Notes: generated from the letters alone by a model not told the origin. Shown: positions 39,507 through 52,646, numbered from the stretch's first letter. The stretch is 55,892 bases of DNA from Sphaerodactylus townsendi (GCF_021028975.2 NC_059439.1:14578109-14634000); one strand, 5' to 3'. Numbers and translations: made by a program.

Positions 39507-40181
39507 GTGTATGTTTTGAGAACTACCTCCTCAACAGGAGGGAGAGAGACAGAGAGAGACAGAGAAGAGGGGGGGGCTGTTTGGGTTTGGAAAGTGCTCT
39601 AATCTGGTTTCCACACCTTTCCTGCCTTTTGGAAAGAGCAAGGAGGTGACCAAGGCCATCCTAAACCGAGGCGACCCCTTCCAACCCCACTGGCTTCAGC
39701 GGACTTGGAAGCCTGTTACTCTATTTAGGAAGCCCTGGCCAGTATAGAATGGCCCCATATTCTCCACTAGCCCAGGGCATCTCACGCACCCCATTGAGGG
39801 AGGGAGGGAGGGAGGGAGGGGAGAAAGGAGATAGAGAGAGAAATAATTTTCACAGTCATGGTTAACAGAAGCTATTGCATTACACTAATACTAAGTCTTA
39901 ACCGGCAAGGAAAAACGGGGGGGGGGGGGGGGAATAGCAACGAGGCGAGAAAGACTCCGAGATCTCTCTTCTTTTTAAATATAGATATAGTTCATCGTAT
40001 GTATCAAAGGACAATCAGAAGTAGACGCTCACAGCTATAGTGTTTTACAGCGACGGAAGGGGGACGAGTCCCCCTCCCCTAAGCAGTGTTTATACCCCCA
40101 CCACCACCACCACCACCACCCAGCTGGCCCGCATGGAAAGACTTTCTGCGGCTCGCCTGTCCAGTGGCTTCCAAAAAGCGC

Positions 40182-40489
40182 CTACTTCTTCTCCCCGGTC
40201 TGTGTTTCGCCGCCCTCTTCCACCTCCTGCGCCCTTTCCATTTTCTGCTTCTCCAGCTCTTCCTGTTCGCATTTGCTGCTGGGAAACTTATCTTTGTTGT
40301 TCTCCTTTTTCCACTTCATCCTGCGGTTCTGAAACCAGATTTTCACCTGCCGCTCGGTCAGTCCCAGGGCGTGCGACACCTCGATCCGCCGCTTGCGGGT
40401 CAGGTAAGGGTTGAAAAGGAACTCTTTCTCCAGCTCCAGGGTCTGGTAGCGGCTGTAGGTCTGCCTTCCTCTCCTCCGTCCGGCGGCTG
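40182..40489 (-). CDS. HOXB8: Homeobox protein Hox-B8, coding exon 2
   Basis: Acceptor ccccag|CA GCC GCC GGA gives [83 protein letters not shown]..., a paralog-group-8 homeodomain. Confidence 0.97.
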
Positions 40490-40788
40490 CTGGGGTGTCG
40501 CGAAGGGAGGCGGGAGGCGGAGGGGAAAAAAGAGGGTTGAGAAGATACATCAAAACAGTTTAGGGGAGAGAGAGGGGGGAGAGAGAGGGCTGAAAGACAC
40601 CCATGCACAAAGGCAGGGACGGAACTGCCCTTCTATGATGTTACAAAGGGGAGGGTAATTATCCGGGAAAGGGGGGAGGGAGGGAGGCAGGCAGAGGCAG
40701 AAGACCACATATGCTGTCCAGTCCCTGCAATACCACCATGAAATTTTTAATGCAAGGAAATATTGCTCTTCTTCTTCTCCTCCCCACA

Positions 40789-41045
40789 AATAAGGCTGTC
40801 CTCTTCTTGCCAACCCCATTCCCTTCCCAGCGCCCTCTGGCCAGACCAGTCCTAAAAGTCTCCCCCCGACCCCCCCCCCAATAAGGCTGTCCTCTTCTTG
40901 CAAACCCCATTCTCTTCCCAGAGCCTTCTGGTCCGACCAGTCCTAAAAGTCTCCCTCCCCCTCGACCCCCCTCCCATAAAGCTGTCCTCTCCTTGCAAAC
41001 CCCATTCCCTTCCCAGCGCCTTCTGGCCAGACCAGTCCTAAAAAA
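40789..41045 (+). repeat. Tandem repeat, ~91-95-bp unit x3, in HOXB8 intron
   Basis: ATAA(G/A)GCTGTCCTCT..TTGC.AACCCCATT...CTGG...GACCAGTCCTAAAA restarts at 40789, 40880 and 40975. Confidence 0.9.
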
Positions 41046-41519
41046 GCCCCCCCCATCCCTCCTTGAATCATCCCCTGGCCCCGGTTACATCTCCAGAGGC
41101 TTAAAGGAGAATCGCCAGGGGTGGGGGGAGGGGAGAGGAGGAGGTGAAAGCGAGCGAGCGAGAGAGACAAAAAGAGGGTCTTCAAGGTTGTAAAAGTACC
41201 ATAAAGTTTAAGGGAAGCTCCGCGCGTTGAAAAGGGGGACGGAGGTGGGGAGTGGGGGGGAGAGGGGTCCGTTTTCCCCCATTGAGAAGGAAAAAAAGGG
41301 TCCCTTTCAGGGTAATGAAGCGATCAAGCCATTGGAGGGGGTTGCAAAAGTTGACGCTAATAAAACAGTAAAAAGTAACCCAGGGTTGGGGGGAAGAAGG
41401 CAGGGAGGGCGCGGGGGGGGGGGGAGATAGCGACAGAGGTGGGAGCGAAGGAGGGCGAAGTTGTTTTATGGGTTGAGGAAATGCCCGGTCTGGCGGCCCT
41501 TCCCGAGATGCCTCCTCAC

Positions 41520-41943
41520 CTTGCGGTCTCATCCAGGGGAAGAGCTGGGTCGGCGACGGGCTCTGCTCCGAGTTGTCGGCGTCTTCTCCCAGGCCGGCGG
41601 CGGAGGCGAGCTTGCAGTCCGGATACTGCACCAGGTCGGAGTCCTGGGCGCCGAAGAGGCTCTGCCTTTGCAACGGGTCGTAGCCGTAGAAATTGCCCGG
41701 GTCGCCGTGGCAGGCTACGGCGCAGGGATTCTGTTGGTAAGGCGAGCTGGACAGAGACGACGCCCCGTGGTAGAACTCCTGGATCTGGGTGGGGTGCTGG
41801 AAGGTGCCGCCCGTGCTCGGCCCGTACACCACTGTCGGTCTCCCTCCGAGCTCCTGGGCGAACCCACAGTCGTAGAAGTTGGGGCGCAAAGAGTCCCCGG
41901 TTTTGTACTTGGAGAACAGGGAGTTGACGAAGTAAGAGCTCAT
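41520..41943 (-). CDS. HOXB8: Homeobox protein Hox-B8, coding exon 1
   Basis: [30 protein letters not shown]...[12 protein letters not shown]. Donor CAA G|GTGAGG. 424+308 nt = 243 aa plus stop. Confidence 0.97.
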
Positions 41944-42479
41944 TTTAATATAAATAGCTTATTTTAAATAGGTCGACAGAGAGGAGTGCGAGGACCAGGG
42001 GGGTGGGTGGGGGGGGGGACAGCCAAAAGCCACAGGAATAGGAGCCACAGAACCGGACGCAAAGCGAAGAGACGCTAACCCGAGGATCTTTGTGATTTCC
42101 AGGGCGATACACAGACAGACATAGATTTTTTTAAAAAGGAAGACCAAAAAAAAAAAAAAATCCCAAGGATTGAGTCAAAACTCTTGGCCACAATGCATGG
42201 TACCAGATCCCTCTTTTTATTGTTGTTTGATGTGACTGTTACTCCTTTCTCGCTCTCTGCCTTTCGCTCTCTTCTTCTTAATATTTTTTTTGCCTTCTTC
42301 TTCTTCTTCTTTCTTCGAAACCCCCCCCCTAAAACAAAAAAAAAAAAATCCGGCGCTTTTTTAAAAAAAGAGGAGTTCTCGCTTTACATTTCCAAAGAGA
42401 GCTGCCAGTTCATAAACAGTTTTCCGTGATTTACTTCGGAGCAAATGAGTTTGTTCATATTTCGCAGTGTCTTTTCTGG

Positions 42480-42530
42480 ATCATTTGCATCTATTACGGA
42501 ACCCTCATCCTATTGGTTTCCACGTACTCC
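42480..42530 (-). promoter_or_regulatory. HOXB8 promoter motifs
   Basis: Octamer ATTTGCAT at 42483-42490 and CCAAT (minus) at 42512-42516. Confidence 0.45.
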
Positions 42531-43159
42531 ACACGGACTCTGTGCAGCCTGCGAGTAGAAAGGAGAGTGAGACAGAGGAGTCGAGAGAGGGGGAGAGAGA
42601 GAGAGAGGGAGAGAGAGAGAGAGCGCGCGCACAGAGCGAGCAAGCGAGCGAGCGAGAGAGGGGGTGGGGTGGGGTAAATATAGAGATTAAATATGCTAAA
42701 CTATCCACGTTAATGAGATATCTCTCGCCCCACGACAAATCATCTACCTAAGCCCACCCCAAAGATTGATATTTGGGGAGGGTTGAGATATTGAAGAGAG
42801 ACTTTCGCTCCTATCGTTAATTTCTAACCCCCCCCCCTTTTATTTATTTATTTTTTATTTTTTTTAACGAGGCAGTTTTAGCCTTTAGAAAATGTCAGAG
42901 TTGCTTTGGAAAACTGTAAAAAGAGGCCGGATTTAATTGCTACCCGTTTTTTTTCTAAAAGCCTCCTATAAATGTAATTGGTATTTTAATACCAAGTTAT
43001 CAAATCGCAGGGCGTCCCGTAGCCTCGACATATTTTAAAACAAACGAGGTAGTCAGATTTAACATTTTAATGATCAATTTCCTTATTATTGATAAAGGTT
43101 TAACTATCAGCGCGAAAAGGGAAGGAATGGCCCATTTGTAACGCCCCCCCCCTCAAAAG

Positions 43160-43370
43160 TGGGGGCCGTAAACTGTTTAACAAACTATAAAACGCAATAA
43201 AATTTAGGATGGTTTTGGGGGAGGGGGGGGAGAGGAGAGAGAGAGAGAAACGCTGAGATAAATAAATAAATAAAAAAACACCCGGAGATGTTCTTGCTGG
43301 TTATAGCGCACTACATAAAAAGCTGTTAAATGGTTTTTACGAGTTCTTTCCTCTACTGCTATAAAAACTC
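43160..43370. promoter_or_regulatory. Cdx/posterior-Hox motif cluster upstream of HOXB8
   Basis: CCGTAAA, CTATAAA, CAATAAA, CATAAAA, TTTTACGA and CTATAAAA within ~200 bp. Confidence 0.5.
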
Positions 43371-46300
43371 AGCCTTCGATTGGCGCCTTAACTCCATTAT
43401 TGCAAGATGTTGGGGTGTCGATACTGAATTAAAATGATTATAGTTTTTCATATATAACATTGACTTTTAGGCTCTCTAGTATCTCTCCCCCCCCTCCTGT
43501 TCTCTCTCTCTCCCCCCCCCCCTCCTCTTCCACATAGGAGAAGATGCGATCTGGTCTCTCATATCATCTCCAAAAGCCCTCATTGATGGGGCTGAGGAGT
43601 TCAACACCCAAAGCTGCCCATCCTCAGCCCCGACGTGTGCCATGCCCGACAAAGCTGGAACCTCAAGATGGTTCTAACTGTGGGGGGAGCTCGAAAGAAG
43701 AGGGGGGGCTTTCTGAAGAAGATGAAGAAGGGGCAGCAGGCGCGCGGGGGGGGGGGGTCTGTTTTCCTGACGTTTGTGAAGGTTGCTTTCCGGTTTTTTT
43801 CGCCTGCCAACTCGGCAATTTCACCCGATGTCAACACACAAGGGGTGAATTCTAGGAACGCTTTCCACGCAGTCAGCACCCAGGGCCAAGACGTTTCCAC
43901 ACGCTATGGCATCTCGCAGATTCGCTTTCTCTCTCCCCCAACCAGCCCATCCCCAGCCGGTCAACCTCAGTCTCCCCAAAAGATTCCTGTCCATCTCTTC
44001 CTCTGTAATACCCAGAAACTGGAGAAACACTTTTCAATATATCCGAGGCCGCATTTTGTGGCCAGGGGCCCTTTTGAATGGCTGGACACCCCGCCCTTCC
44101 CCAGTCCCCCCAGATCTGCATATTGTTTACACCCTAAAGGCTGATTAAACAAGATCTGGGATTGAAGGGTCCCCTCCAAAGAAACCCAAACACGAATCCT
44201 CTCATTTAAGCAACGTTTTCAAGATACTTCACTTCCAAGAGTTACTCCTAGCGCAGACCTATAGCTTACTGAAGGAAGGAAGGAACGCATGCCCAGATGC
44301 CTTTCTTTTAAAAGTAAGCTCCATTCTGTTTTATTTTGCCTAAGATAAGATGTGTTTTTTTTGCCAGACTGTTTTCTCCACTTAATTGTAGTAGTTTTGC
44401 TGCGCCTGATACCTTGTGAAACTTCCTCCTTTAAAAAAAAGGGGGGGGTAAGAGTTTATTTTATCATCTGTTTTACTGTCGGCTGAGCGGAATAAATGTT
44501 GGTTGTTGGTAGTAGTCGTCGTCCTAGTTGTGTGTTTTTAAATAGGTATATATATAAATATATAGGGGTTACTTGTACGCACAAATCTACCGGGCTACAA
44601 CAGCCCCTTTACCTCAAGTCATTTCCCTCCTTGCCGCTATCTGAAAAGATCAAAAACTTCCAAACACTTCTCTAAGATGATTTCGGAAAGGGAATGATGA
44701 CCCCCGCCCCAGACACACAATTGCTTATGCCTGTATAATTTTGTTGCCACCGGATCTCCAATAAATAAGAGTCCTCATATACATAATATATATGTATAAA
44801 CTAGCAGTTTAATGAAGGCACGATTAAGAGACATTGGTATGTAGTTTACACATCCCTTTAGGACTCTACAAGACACCCTCACACCAGCATGAGTACTGTG
44901 AACAACGACAGAGTATTGTGAGCACAATACTGGGTGCCTGTGTGTTTTGTGTGTGGTGTGTGTGCGTAGGCAGACAGGGTGGTTGGTAGGAGATGTCTTG
45001 GAAGTTAACATTTTCTTTTCGCCAAATGCGGTGGGGTTTAAGGCATAATATGTTTCTAAGTACCACCAATGGATCAAGAAACAGTCGCAGCCTTTAAATC
45101 ATCGGCATACAGTAGCAGGGATCTCTGACGAAAGGCGAATGTTTCTGTTATGAGGGGAGACGCAAGCCACGAGAGAAAGTGGGAACATAATTTACAAATA
45201 CCCAGTGGAGGACAAGATTTATTAGGAAATCTTCTCTCCCCCCCCCCCCCCACGCCCCATGCATCACTTGGTAAACTGTACCTTCTCATTACTTTATAGC
45301 TCCATGAGGTTTTGTTTGTTTGTTTTTTCAAATGGTGGGGATGAATTCGCACCAGCTACTTCTAGTTAAGGAATGCCTGCTTTTATGGAGTGTAAAACAG
45401 CTTAAATTTGCCTTTCGGATCGCGCTGAGGGGGAAGGAAAAGGGGGTTCTTTTTCTTTGCCTTGGGAACTGCTGTTGTAAAATCGGTTTTGTGCTCGTTC
45501 TCAAAAAAATGTCTATTGAATTCCAGCGAATTCCTAATAGAACTTGGAAGCTTTGGACAGAAATCCTTTATTAAAATGAAATCGAGGTTCCAATTTTCTG
45601 TCGGTGTTATTTTTCCCCTCCCTGAACAATTGACACGTGTTTTCTCCCAATAATGTCCATTGATTACCATTTGCAGCGGAGGCAAACCCCCCCCCCCCCA
45701 ATATGAAGTGTTGTGTGTTTTGGGGAAAGTAAACCTTGCTGGCCTTCGTGGCTTGGACCAAGAGGACCTTTTCAATGGATCGATGCGGGGACAAATTCTT
45801 TTCGGTTTTCCAAGCATTGCAAAGCCTCCCTTCCTTGGGTTACATATATGTTTACAAACACACAACACAGAGAAGAAGCAATGCGCTTTGATTGGTCTGC
45901 AGTTTGGGGGGTCTTCGGCGAGTCTGCAAGCATTGATTATCACTCCTTTCTAACGATTTAAGTGCTTAGGAAGACTATCGATTGTTTAGGTACATTGTTT
46001 ACAACGCTGTGCATCAGGGTCCAGGCCCATGTAACGGGGAGGGGGGCGTGTGGACTAAACCTGCTGACCTGACCCCCCAGTTCTAGGATTCATCTTTGTG
46101 TTCCAACAAAAGAAAATTTGAAAACAGTGATGTATAAGAATCGTAGCGTTAAAACACACACACACACACACCACATAAGCGGAGCCCCTAAAACTATATT
46201 GTTGGGCTATTAAATGAGGTTTTGTTTCCCTGTTTTCACACAACCACACACACACACACACACACACACAGAGAGAGAGAGTTCATCAAGCATCAAATGA

Positions 46301-46664
46301 CCAGGGCCAAAATACCCCAATAAATTCTGTCTTGCAACCCCTTGGAAATCCATAGAGACGTCACACGAGCTTCCATTCACGCCAATGTCTGTTGCACAGG
46401 AGAACTTCCCTCTACATTTGGGCAACTTTTGTGGGGGGCTGATTTTCATGGTCAAATGAAACACAGAACTTCTTTTTAAACGAAAAAAAATTGGGGGGAA
46501 ATCGCCATAATTAACCTTATATTTTATGTCTGGAGGATTTCTTCACAATGACTTGGAAAAACAATTCGGTTTATAGTTCCTAATGAAATCAAGGTGTTTT
46601 GGAGCGAAGAAGCGAAGAGACCTAGCAAAGGAGCGACTGGCCCTTGGTTTCTAAAGTGGAGTAA

Positions 46665-46696
46665 CAGCGCCATCTAACGACCATTCGAAGTAGTGC
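46665..46696 (-). promoter_or_regulatory. CTCF motif between HOXB8 and HOXB9
   Basis: Minus strand GCACTACTTCGAA-TGGTCGTTAGATGGCGCTG: upstream module plus core. Confidence 0.6.
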
Positions 46697-48922
46697 GTCC
46701 CTTTTAAAAACCATTGAGGGCTAATAAACAAAGATGGGGTTAGTTAGACTTTATGCGCGCGCGCCTGCGTGCGTTTTTATGGATCTCTCCCTCGCTTTCT
46801 CTCCCTTTGTGTTTGTTGCGAAGCATTGTTGCCTTTGATAAATCATTTATGAAATGATCGGGATTAGTATGTGGCGTGATTAGAAGGGGAAGTCACGGCC
46901 TCCGCCTGAGAAGTCACTGGGTTGTTTATCCGGCATCCTTTCCCCTCTGGTCCTTTTTCAGTCCCTACAAGAGAAAAGGCTTTCGCTGTTGAGAAATCAC
47001 CATTGTTTCAAAATAAAAAGAAAGAAAGAGAAGAAGGGGGGAAAGCACCCTAGACCAAACAAATGCAGCATTCTGCTCTGGAAGCTTGAGTTGTAAACAG
47101 ATTTAAAGAGTCGACTTGCGAAGCCCAGACGTCTGGCTAGAAATTGGCTGTGTGTGTCTATATCTGGTGCCGTGTGAGCGTTTGTATGTGTGGTATGTGT
47201 GTGTGTTGCTGTGAGTTTATGGCTCAGGATACGGCCCGCTTTGAAGTGATAAGGAACACAAAGCCGGAAGAGGCACCAGAGAACTCTGGATTTTCACAGA
47301 ATGCACCAGACGGAAACAGACTTTATCCTCCAAGTGTTATTCTTTTACATTACAAAAAACACACCCCTCTTTTTCGTTTAAGTGTTCGGGTATAGCCGAA
47401 ATCTATTCGCAGCCCCGTCCCCTCCCCCCATGCACACCCTTTCTCCAGACATCCTGGTAATTTAGGAGCTTCTGAAAGTTTTCGACTCTTGTTTGCTTTA
47501 CAGTTGCTCAGTTCCTTAACCTTCAGAAATTTATACCCTATAAAGTTTTATGGCGGTCATATTCTTTTACGGCAGCCCACTGCGCGGAGTTTTCTTCTCT
47601 CTCTTTCTCCTTTATGACAACCTACTTTCTTCCGCTTCTCCTCCTGTAAGATCCCAACGTCCTTCGCCCGCCTTGCCTCGGTTCTGCCAAGCGAAAGGAT
47701 TTTAAGGAGAGATTCGAAAAACCTCGAGCCAATTCCACTATTCCAAAGTGAACGCTCCAAAGAAAACCGGGGCTGTTCTCCTTGTCTGCCCGTTTGGTAT
47801 CAGACACTGGAAATAAATGTGGAAGTTTGGCTTTTGTCTAAAGGCAGAGGTTTTGTCTAAAGAACAAGAGGATTTTTTCCCCTGGAAGCAGGATTTCAAG
47901 AGACTTTGGTGAATACTGGAATGATGGGCATTATTCTTTCGCTTTAGAAAGAAGGACAGGTTGAAGGTTTGGCATCTACACCCTTCGGGGAAGAGGAAAG
48001 GCACGTTTCTATAAACTGGATTCCACGTAGATTCTCTCTCTCTCTACTTGCCACCTATGAACACAACATTCACTCAACTCACTTACACCTTCATTCATTC
48101 ATTCATTCACTCATCCAGCCAGCCATCTATCCATTCCTTTTCGTCCGCCTTCTTTTACAATCCGGGTCTCTTTCGTTAATAAAGACGCCTTTCGTCACAA
48201 TTGAAAAGACGGAAAACCGCTTTTATTTCTGTTTTGCTGAATGGTTTTAGTGGTGCGGTAGGCGTAACACGGAAGCAAAAAATACACAGGAAATGAATTC
48301 TTAGAATCTCCCCCTTCCCGACTTTTTTTAAAGTAAAAAAAAACCACCTTCGGACCAAAAACAACAGAAAACCCCTCCCAGATCTTTATAATGCACCCTA
48401 AAGAGCCAAAAAACAGACAGTGAGGTTGCAAATATTTCTGAAATCTAATAGAAGCAGTATAATACAGGTGTGAGAAGCCCCCCCCCCAAAAAAAAAAACA
48501 AGGCTGAGTCATTAAACAATTGTGGGGGAGACCCACATTTCGACTTTACAGAATGAAACAAATAATGAAGGGGGTTTTTTTAACTAAAAAACTCTCACTT
48601 TTAACGAAATCATCTAATTTCTTTTTTAAAGCCATGCTTTAGCGCAAAAAAAAAGTTTTTAAAAAAGATTTCTTGTCTTCTCTCCTATAAGCCTACCCCT
48701 AGAGCTAGTGAAGAGATTTGCGGAGAGAATTTGTTTTGCAAAATGCGAATTGCCACCCTTGAAAAGGATGGAAGGGTGGCGTTTCGCAGCGTTATGTTCC
48801 AAGCTGGTTTGGACACCCGTCTAAAACCCAGGCGAGAAACGAAATGCAGCCAAACCAGAGCATCTTCTCAAATCTCAAATGTTGCTATAGAGGGCCTGTT
48901 CAAAAACTAATTTTAAAAAATG

Positions 48923-48928
48923 TTTATT
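48923..48928 (-). terminator. Probable distal HOXB9 polyadenylation signal
   Basis: AATAAA on the minus strand ~2.3 kb after the stop; an alternative hexamer is at 49991-49996. Confidence 0.45.
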
Positions 48929-51225
48929 TTTTCCTGGAACCGAAAGCTTCCTCGGGAATTCCATTGCAAAATTAGCGTAGTAAGACAAGGTGATATTGGA
49001 CTAAGTTTGAGCGACACTCTAAGAATTAAGGGTTGAAGCTATAAAAAGCACCCAATCTACTATTTGCTTGGAATCCTACTAAAAAGAAAACTTATTTGGG
49101 GTAGGAAATACCCCGTGGATTTTGAGTGAAGTCATCACAACTCCTAAAATCTTTTTCCCCCCTTAAAAATGTTGAATATTTTACATTGAAGTCTATCCTA
49201 AAAAATTTGTGGCCCAACTTCGGAGCACCCTACAAAGCAGGGGAAGCTCTCCTCCAGGCTCAAAATACGCCTATCAAATCTCTACAGGAAAAAAACAACG
49301 GCTTAATCCTCAGGAAGAAACGGTACAAAAATCCTATACAGCATTCTATGAAATTAGATATCTCCGTTGGAACCGTTTCGCCCAGAAATTACCTGAAAGA
49401 GAGACATGGATTCCGCCTGTCTCTTGTCATAGTTCCCCCACCCAAAACCTGTCAGGACGTAGCAGTGTTACTTCTAGAAAGTACTGGTCGTTTAGCCTGG
49501 TAAGCACGGGAAAGGGATGGAGATAAATTATATACACAGATACCGGGCCAGTTCTGCAACTAGCAGGTATAGACCCCATTTTATATTCCTAAAAGCCACA
49601 GAAAAAACAAGCGGAACTTCACAAAAGCACAGTCACGAACACTGAAAACTTTTTTTTCCTTAAAAAATAAACACGTCATAGGATCACTTTTGTACTAAGT
49701 TACTTAACTACCTATTTCCCCCCGCCGATGCAAGGAGGAGGGGAGCTAGTTAGAAACAGTCAAAACAACAACAGAATCTTGTGGGGTAGGAGTCGAAAGG
49801 CGAGCAGATATGTGAGACCCCCAGCTGAGCTTTCAGGGCTGAGAATCCCATTCTTCCGAGTATGAAAGGAAGGATATTTTTTTTCCCCTTGTGTGTAAAC
49901 AATGAGGATGGCTGTCTTTTATATTTGCGCGCAAGCGGAGCTCTCCCTCTCCGCCGAAGGCCATCCAAAGCTTTTTATGCCACTCGGAACTTTATTTTCG
50001 TGCTAACGTGAAAGATGGCTGCGTCCTCCTGGAGCAACGGGGGTTCAGACGAAAATATGCCTAGAACATTCAAGTATTAAAACTCCTCCGCAGAAACCTG
50101 CCTGGAGGAGGAGGAAAAGGAGGAGGAGAGGAAAGGTCCAGAGAAGTTCCCTCAAACCATGCTTGGCACTTGAATGGTTTTTCAGGATACTAATTTCCAC
50201 CATAAACCATAAATAGCTTGACCCTCAAAACGCACGCGTTCTCTTCACTGTTGCGAAGGCAGGGATTTCTACCACCTGACCCTCGTGGGGGCGGAAGAGG
50301 AAGAAGCGTCCCTCTCTACCCCTTAAAAGTTAGGGACAACTTACGGGACACCTTAAGATCTCTTGAGCAAGCTTTTTGAAATGAAGGGGCGAAGAAGACC
50401 CCCCACCCTCCTTTGTGCCTAGTGGCAAGGTATCTACCCTGGTGCCACTGGGAACATTTTTATATCAATATATTTATATTGGGAAAGTCCCTCAGTTGTC
50501 TCTGGGGGACTTCTTTTTACGTAAGGGGTGGTGTTTCACTGTCCCCAATGAGGCTTACTCCAATTTAAGCCTATTCATTTCAGTGGGGAGCAACTCTGCG
50601 CGGGATTGTAGGATGCAGTAACATTTTCGCCCCCCTGCGACCAGGAAATTGGCTTAGGGGCTCTAAAATAGATGGAGGATCAAATGGGCTTTCCCTCCTG
50701 GTCTCCCCTCTGCAAGGAATATGGGACAAAGAAATTCGGGGGGGGGGGCACCCTCCTCCAGGAAATCCTGCAGAGATTCAGTGGTGGAGCCAGCGGTGGA
50801 GCCAATTTCCTGAAGCTGGCTCTAAGAGAACTTCCCAGTGGCGGGGGTGGGGGGCTCCTTGTCTGGGACAGTGTTTGGGCTGGGGCAGGAAAAAGTACAC
50901 CTCAGGGAAGACTATCTCAAGGAGCCACCGGGGGTGCCCCGTGAAATCAACAGGAAAGTCTTGTCAATCATCAATCTGCAAGTGCCCGAGCTGCGATTCC
51001 TCACAGTGTAGCCTAACCTCCTCAACAGTTTTGAAAAGGGAGGGGGGGAGGAAGACGCAGAGGAACAGAACAGGTGTAATCGTTATGAACTCCTCTGAGC
51101 TAAACCAAGTAGTGTCTCTGCTCCGCTGTGCCTTCTTCCCCCAATCTCAAGCGATCATTGCCCATATATACAACATAAGTTTCAAAGACGGACGCAAACT
51201 GGGGGAGGAAAGAGGGAGGGGACCT

Positions 51226-51461
51226 TCATTCTTTCCCCTGTTCCTTGTTCATTTTCTTCATCTTCATCCTTCGGTTCTGAAACCAGATTTTGACTTGTCT
51301 CTCGCTCAGGTTGAGGAGGCGGGCCACTTCGTGTCTACGGTCCCTGGTGAGGTACATATTAAACAGAAACTCCTTCTCCAGTTCCAAGGTCTGGTACTTG
51401 GTGTAGGGACATCGTTTCTTCCGGGATGAGCGGGCGTGGAGCCAGTTGGCCGCGGGGTTAC
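51226..51461 (-). CDS. HOXB9: Homeobox protein Hox-B9, coding exon 2
   Basis: Acceptor cccag|GT AAC CCC gives [78 protein letters not shown], an AbdB-class paralog-group-9 homeodomain. Confidence 0.97.
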
Positions 51462-52646
51462 CTGGGAGAGGGAGAGAGAGGAGAAGCCCGTCAGCCAATT
51501 GCCAACAGAATGAAGTGCGCTTGGCTGACCCACCACCAGCTGGGAGAACTTTGAACCTGGCAGATCTGCACCCAGGAAGAAGGGGAGGGTTACAGTTGAG
51601 GATCTGGTGAAACCCCCACAGTTGCTGAACGTGTAACAACAGTGATATGCAAATAAGCAAAGTGGAGGCAAAGGATAATCTACCATCTACCTACAATAGG
51701 TTGGAGTATGTCATNNNNNNNNNNNNNNNNNNNNNNNNNNNNNNNNNNNNNNNNNNNNNNNNNNNNNNNNNNNNNNNNNNNNNNNNNNNNNNNNNNNNNN
51801 NNNNNNNNNNNNNNNNNNNNNNNNNNNNNNNNNNNNNNNNNNNNNNNNNNNNNNNNNNNNNNNNNNNNNNNNNNNNNNNNNNNNNNNNNNNNNNNNNNNN
51901 NNNNNNNNNNNNNNNNNNNNNNNNNNNNNTGTTTTGTGACAAACTTATCCAAGGAAGGAAGAAGTTGAGACCATTTTGGAAGCGAATAAGAGTTCATACA
52001 TAGAAAGAAGAAGGAAGGGCTGATCTATGCGCCTCTTTTCATAGTAATAATCTGAAATGAGCCCTATTTCAGAGTCATGGTTGTTTTTCCGAATGGCCTG
52101 GGTATGTTTCCCGCTTGCAAGCACCAACTAATTCATTAAAAAACATGCATAATTAAGCACTCTCCGTTCTCTCTCTCTCTCTTTTTTTAAAGCAAATCTT
52201 AATATAATATCCTCCCTACCAACGGGAAAGCAAGTTGCTTCTGGGTTGCCCAGAAAAGGGGTCTGCCTCAGGGCCCGTCTGTCTCTTTAAGACACTGACC
52301 AACAGCCAGGGGGAAGTAGCTTGAGGCACCAGCTACTTCCCAGAGCAAGCCTGGTGGGCTGCGCTCTCTGCCCCATGATACCCACAAGGCAATCCAACAG
52401 TGCCACCCTACTTATGCCATCCTACACAAGCTTTCCTGGCAATAAGCCCCACTGGAGTAGACTTGATTAGGATGCTGAGCAGACCTTCTTTAGGATCGCT
52501 CTCTGGGAAACCATTCAAACCTGGCGGTGGTGGAATATTTAAGGGGGTGGGGGTTCTACATAAGGCAGAAGAAAGGTTGCAAAGAGGATCCACCGCTCAC
52601 TGACTTCTTACCAACGCTGTGGCTAGTCACGGGATTACTCGGGAGT

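Noticed and set aside
40086-40658. 190-aa plus-strand ORF, and similar ORFs at 14567-15121, 18421-18807, 41461-41967 and 50875-51429
   Set aside because: Antisense shadows of GC-rich, codon-biased Hox exons, with no independent protein features.
49706-49714. miR-196 8mer in the HOXB9 3'UTR region
   Set aside because: It is on the antisense (plus) strand, so it is not in the HOXB9 mRNA.
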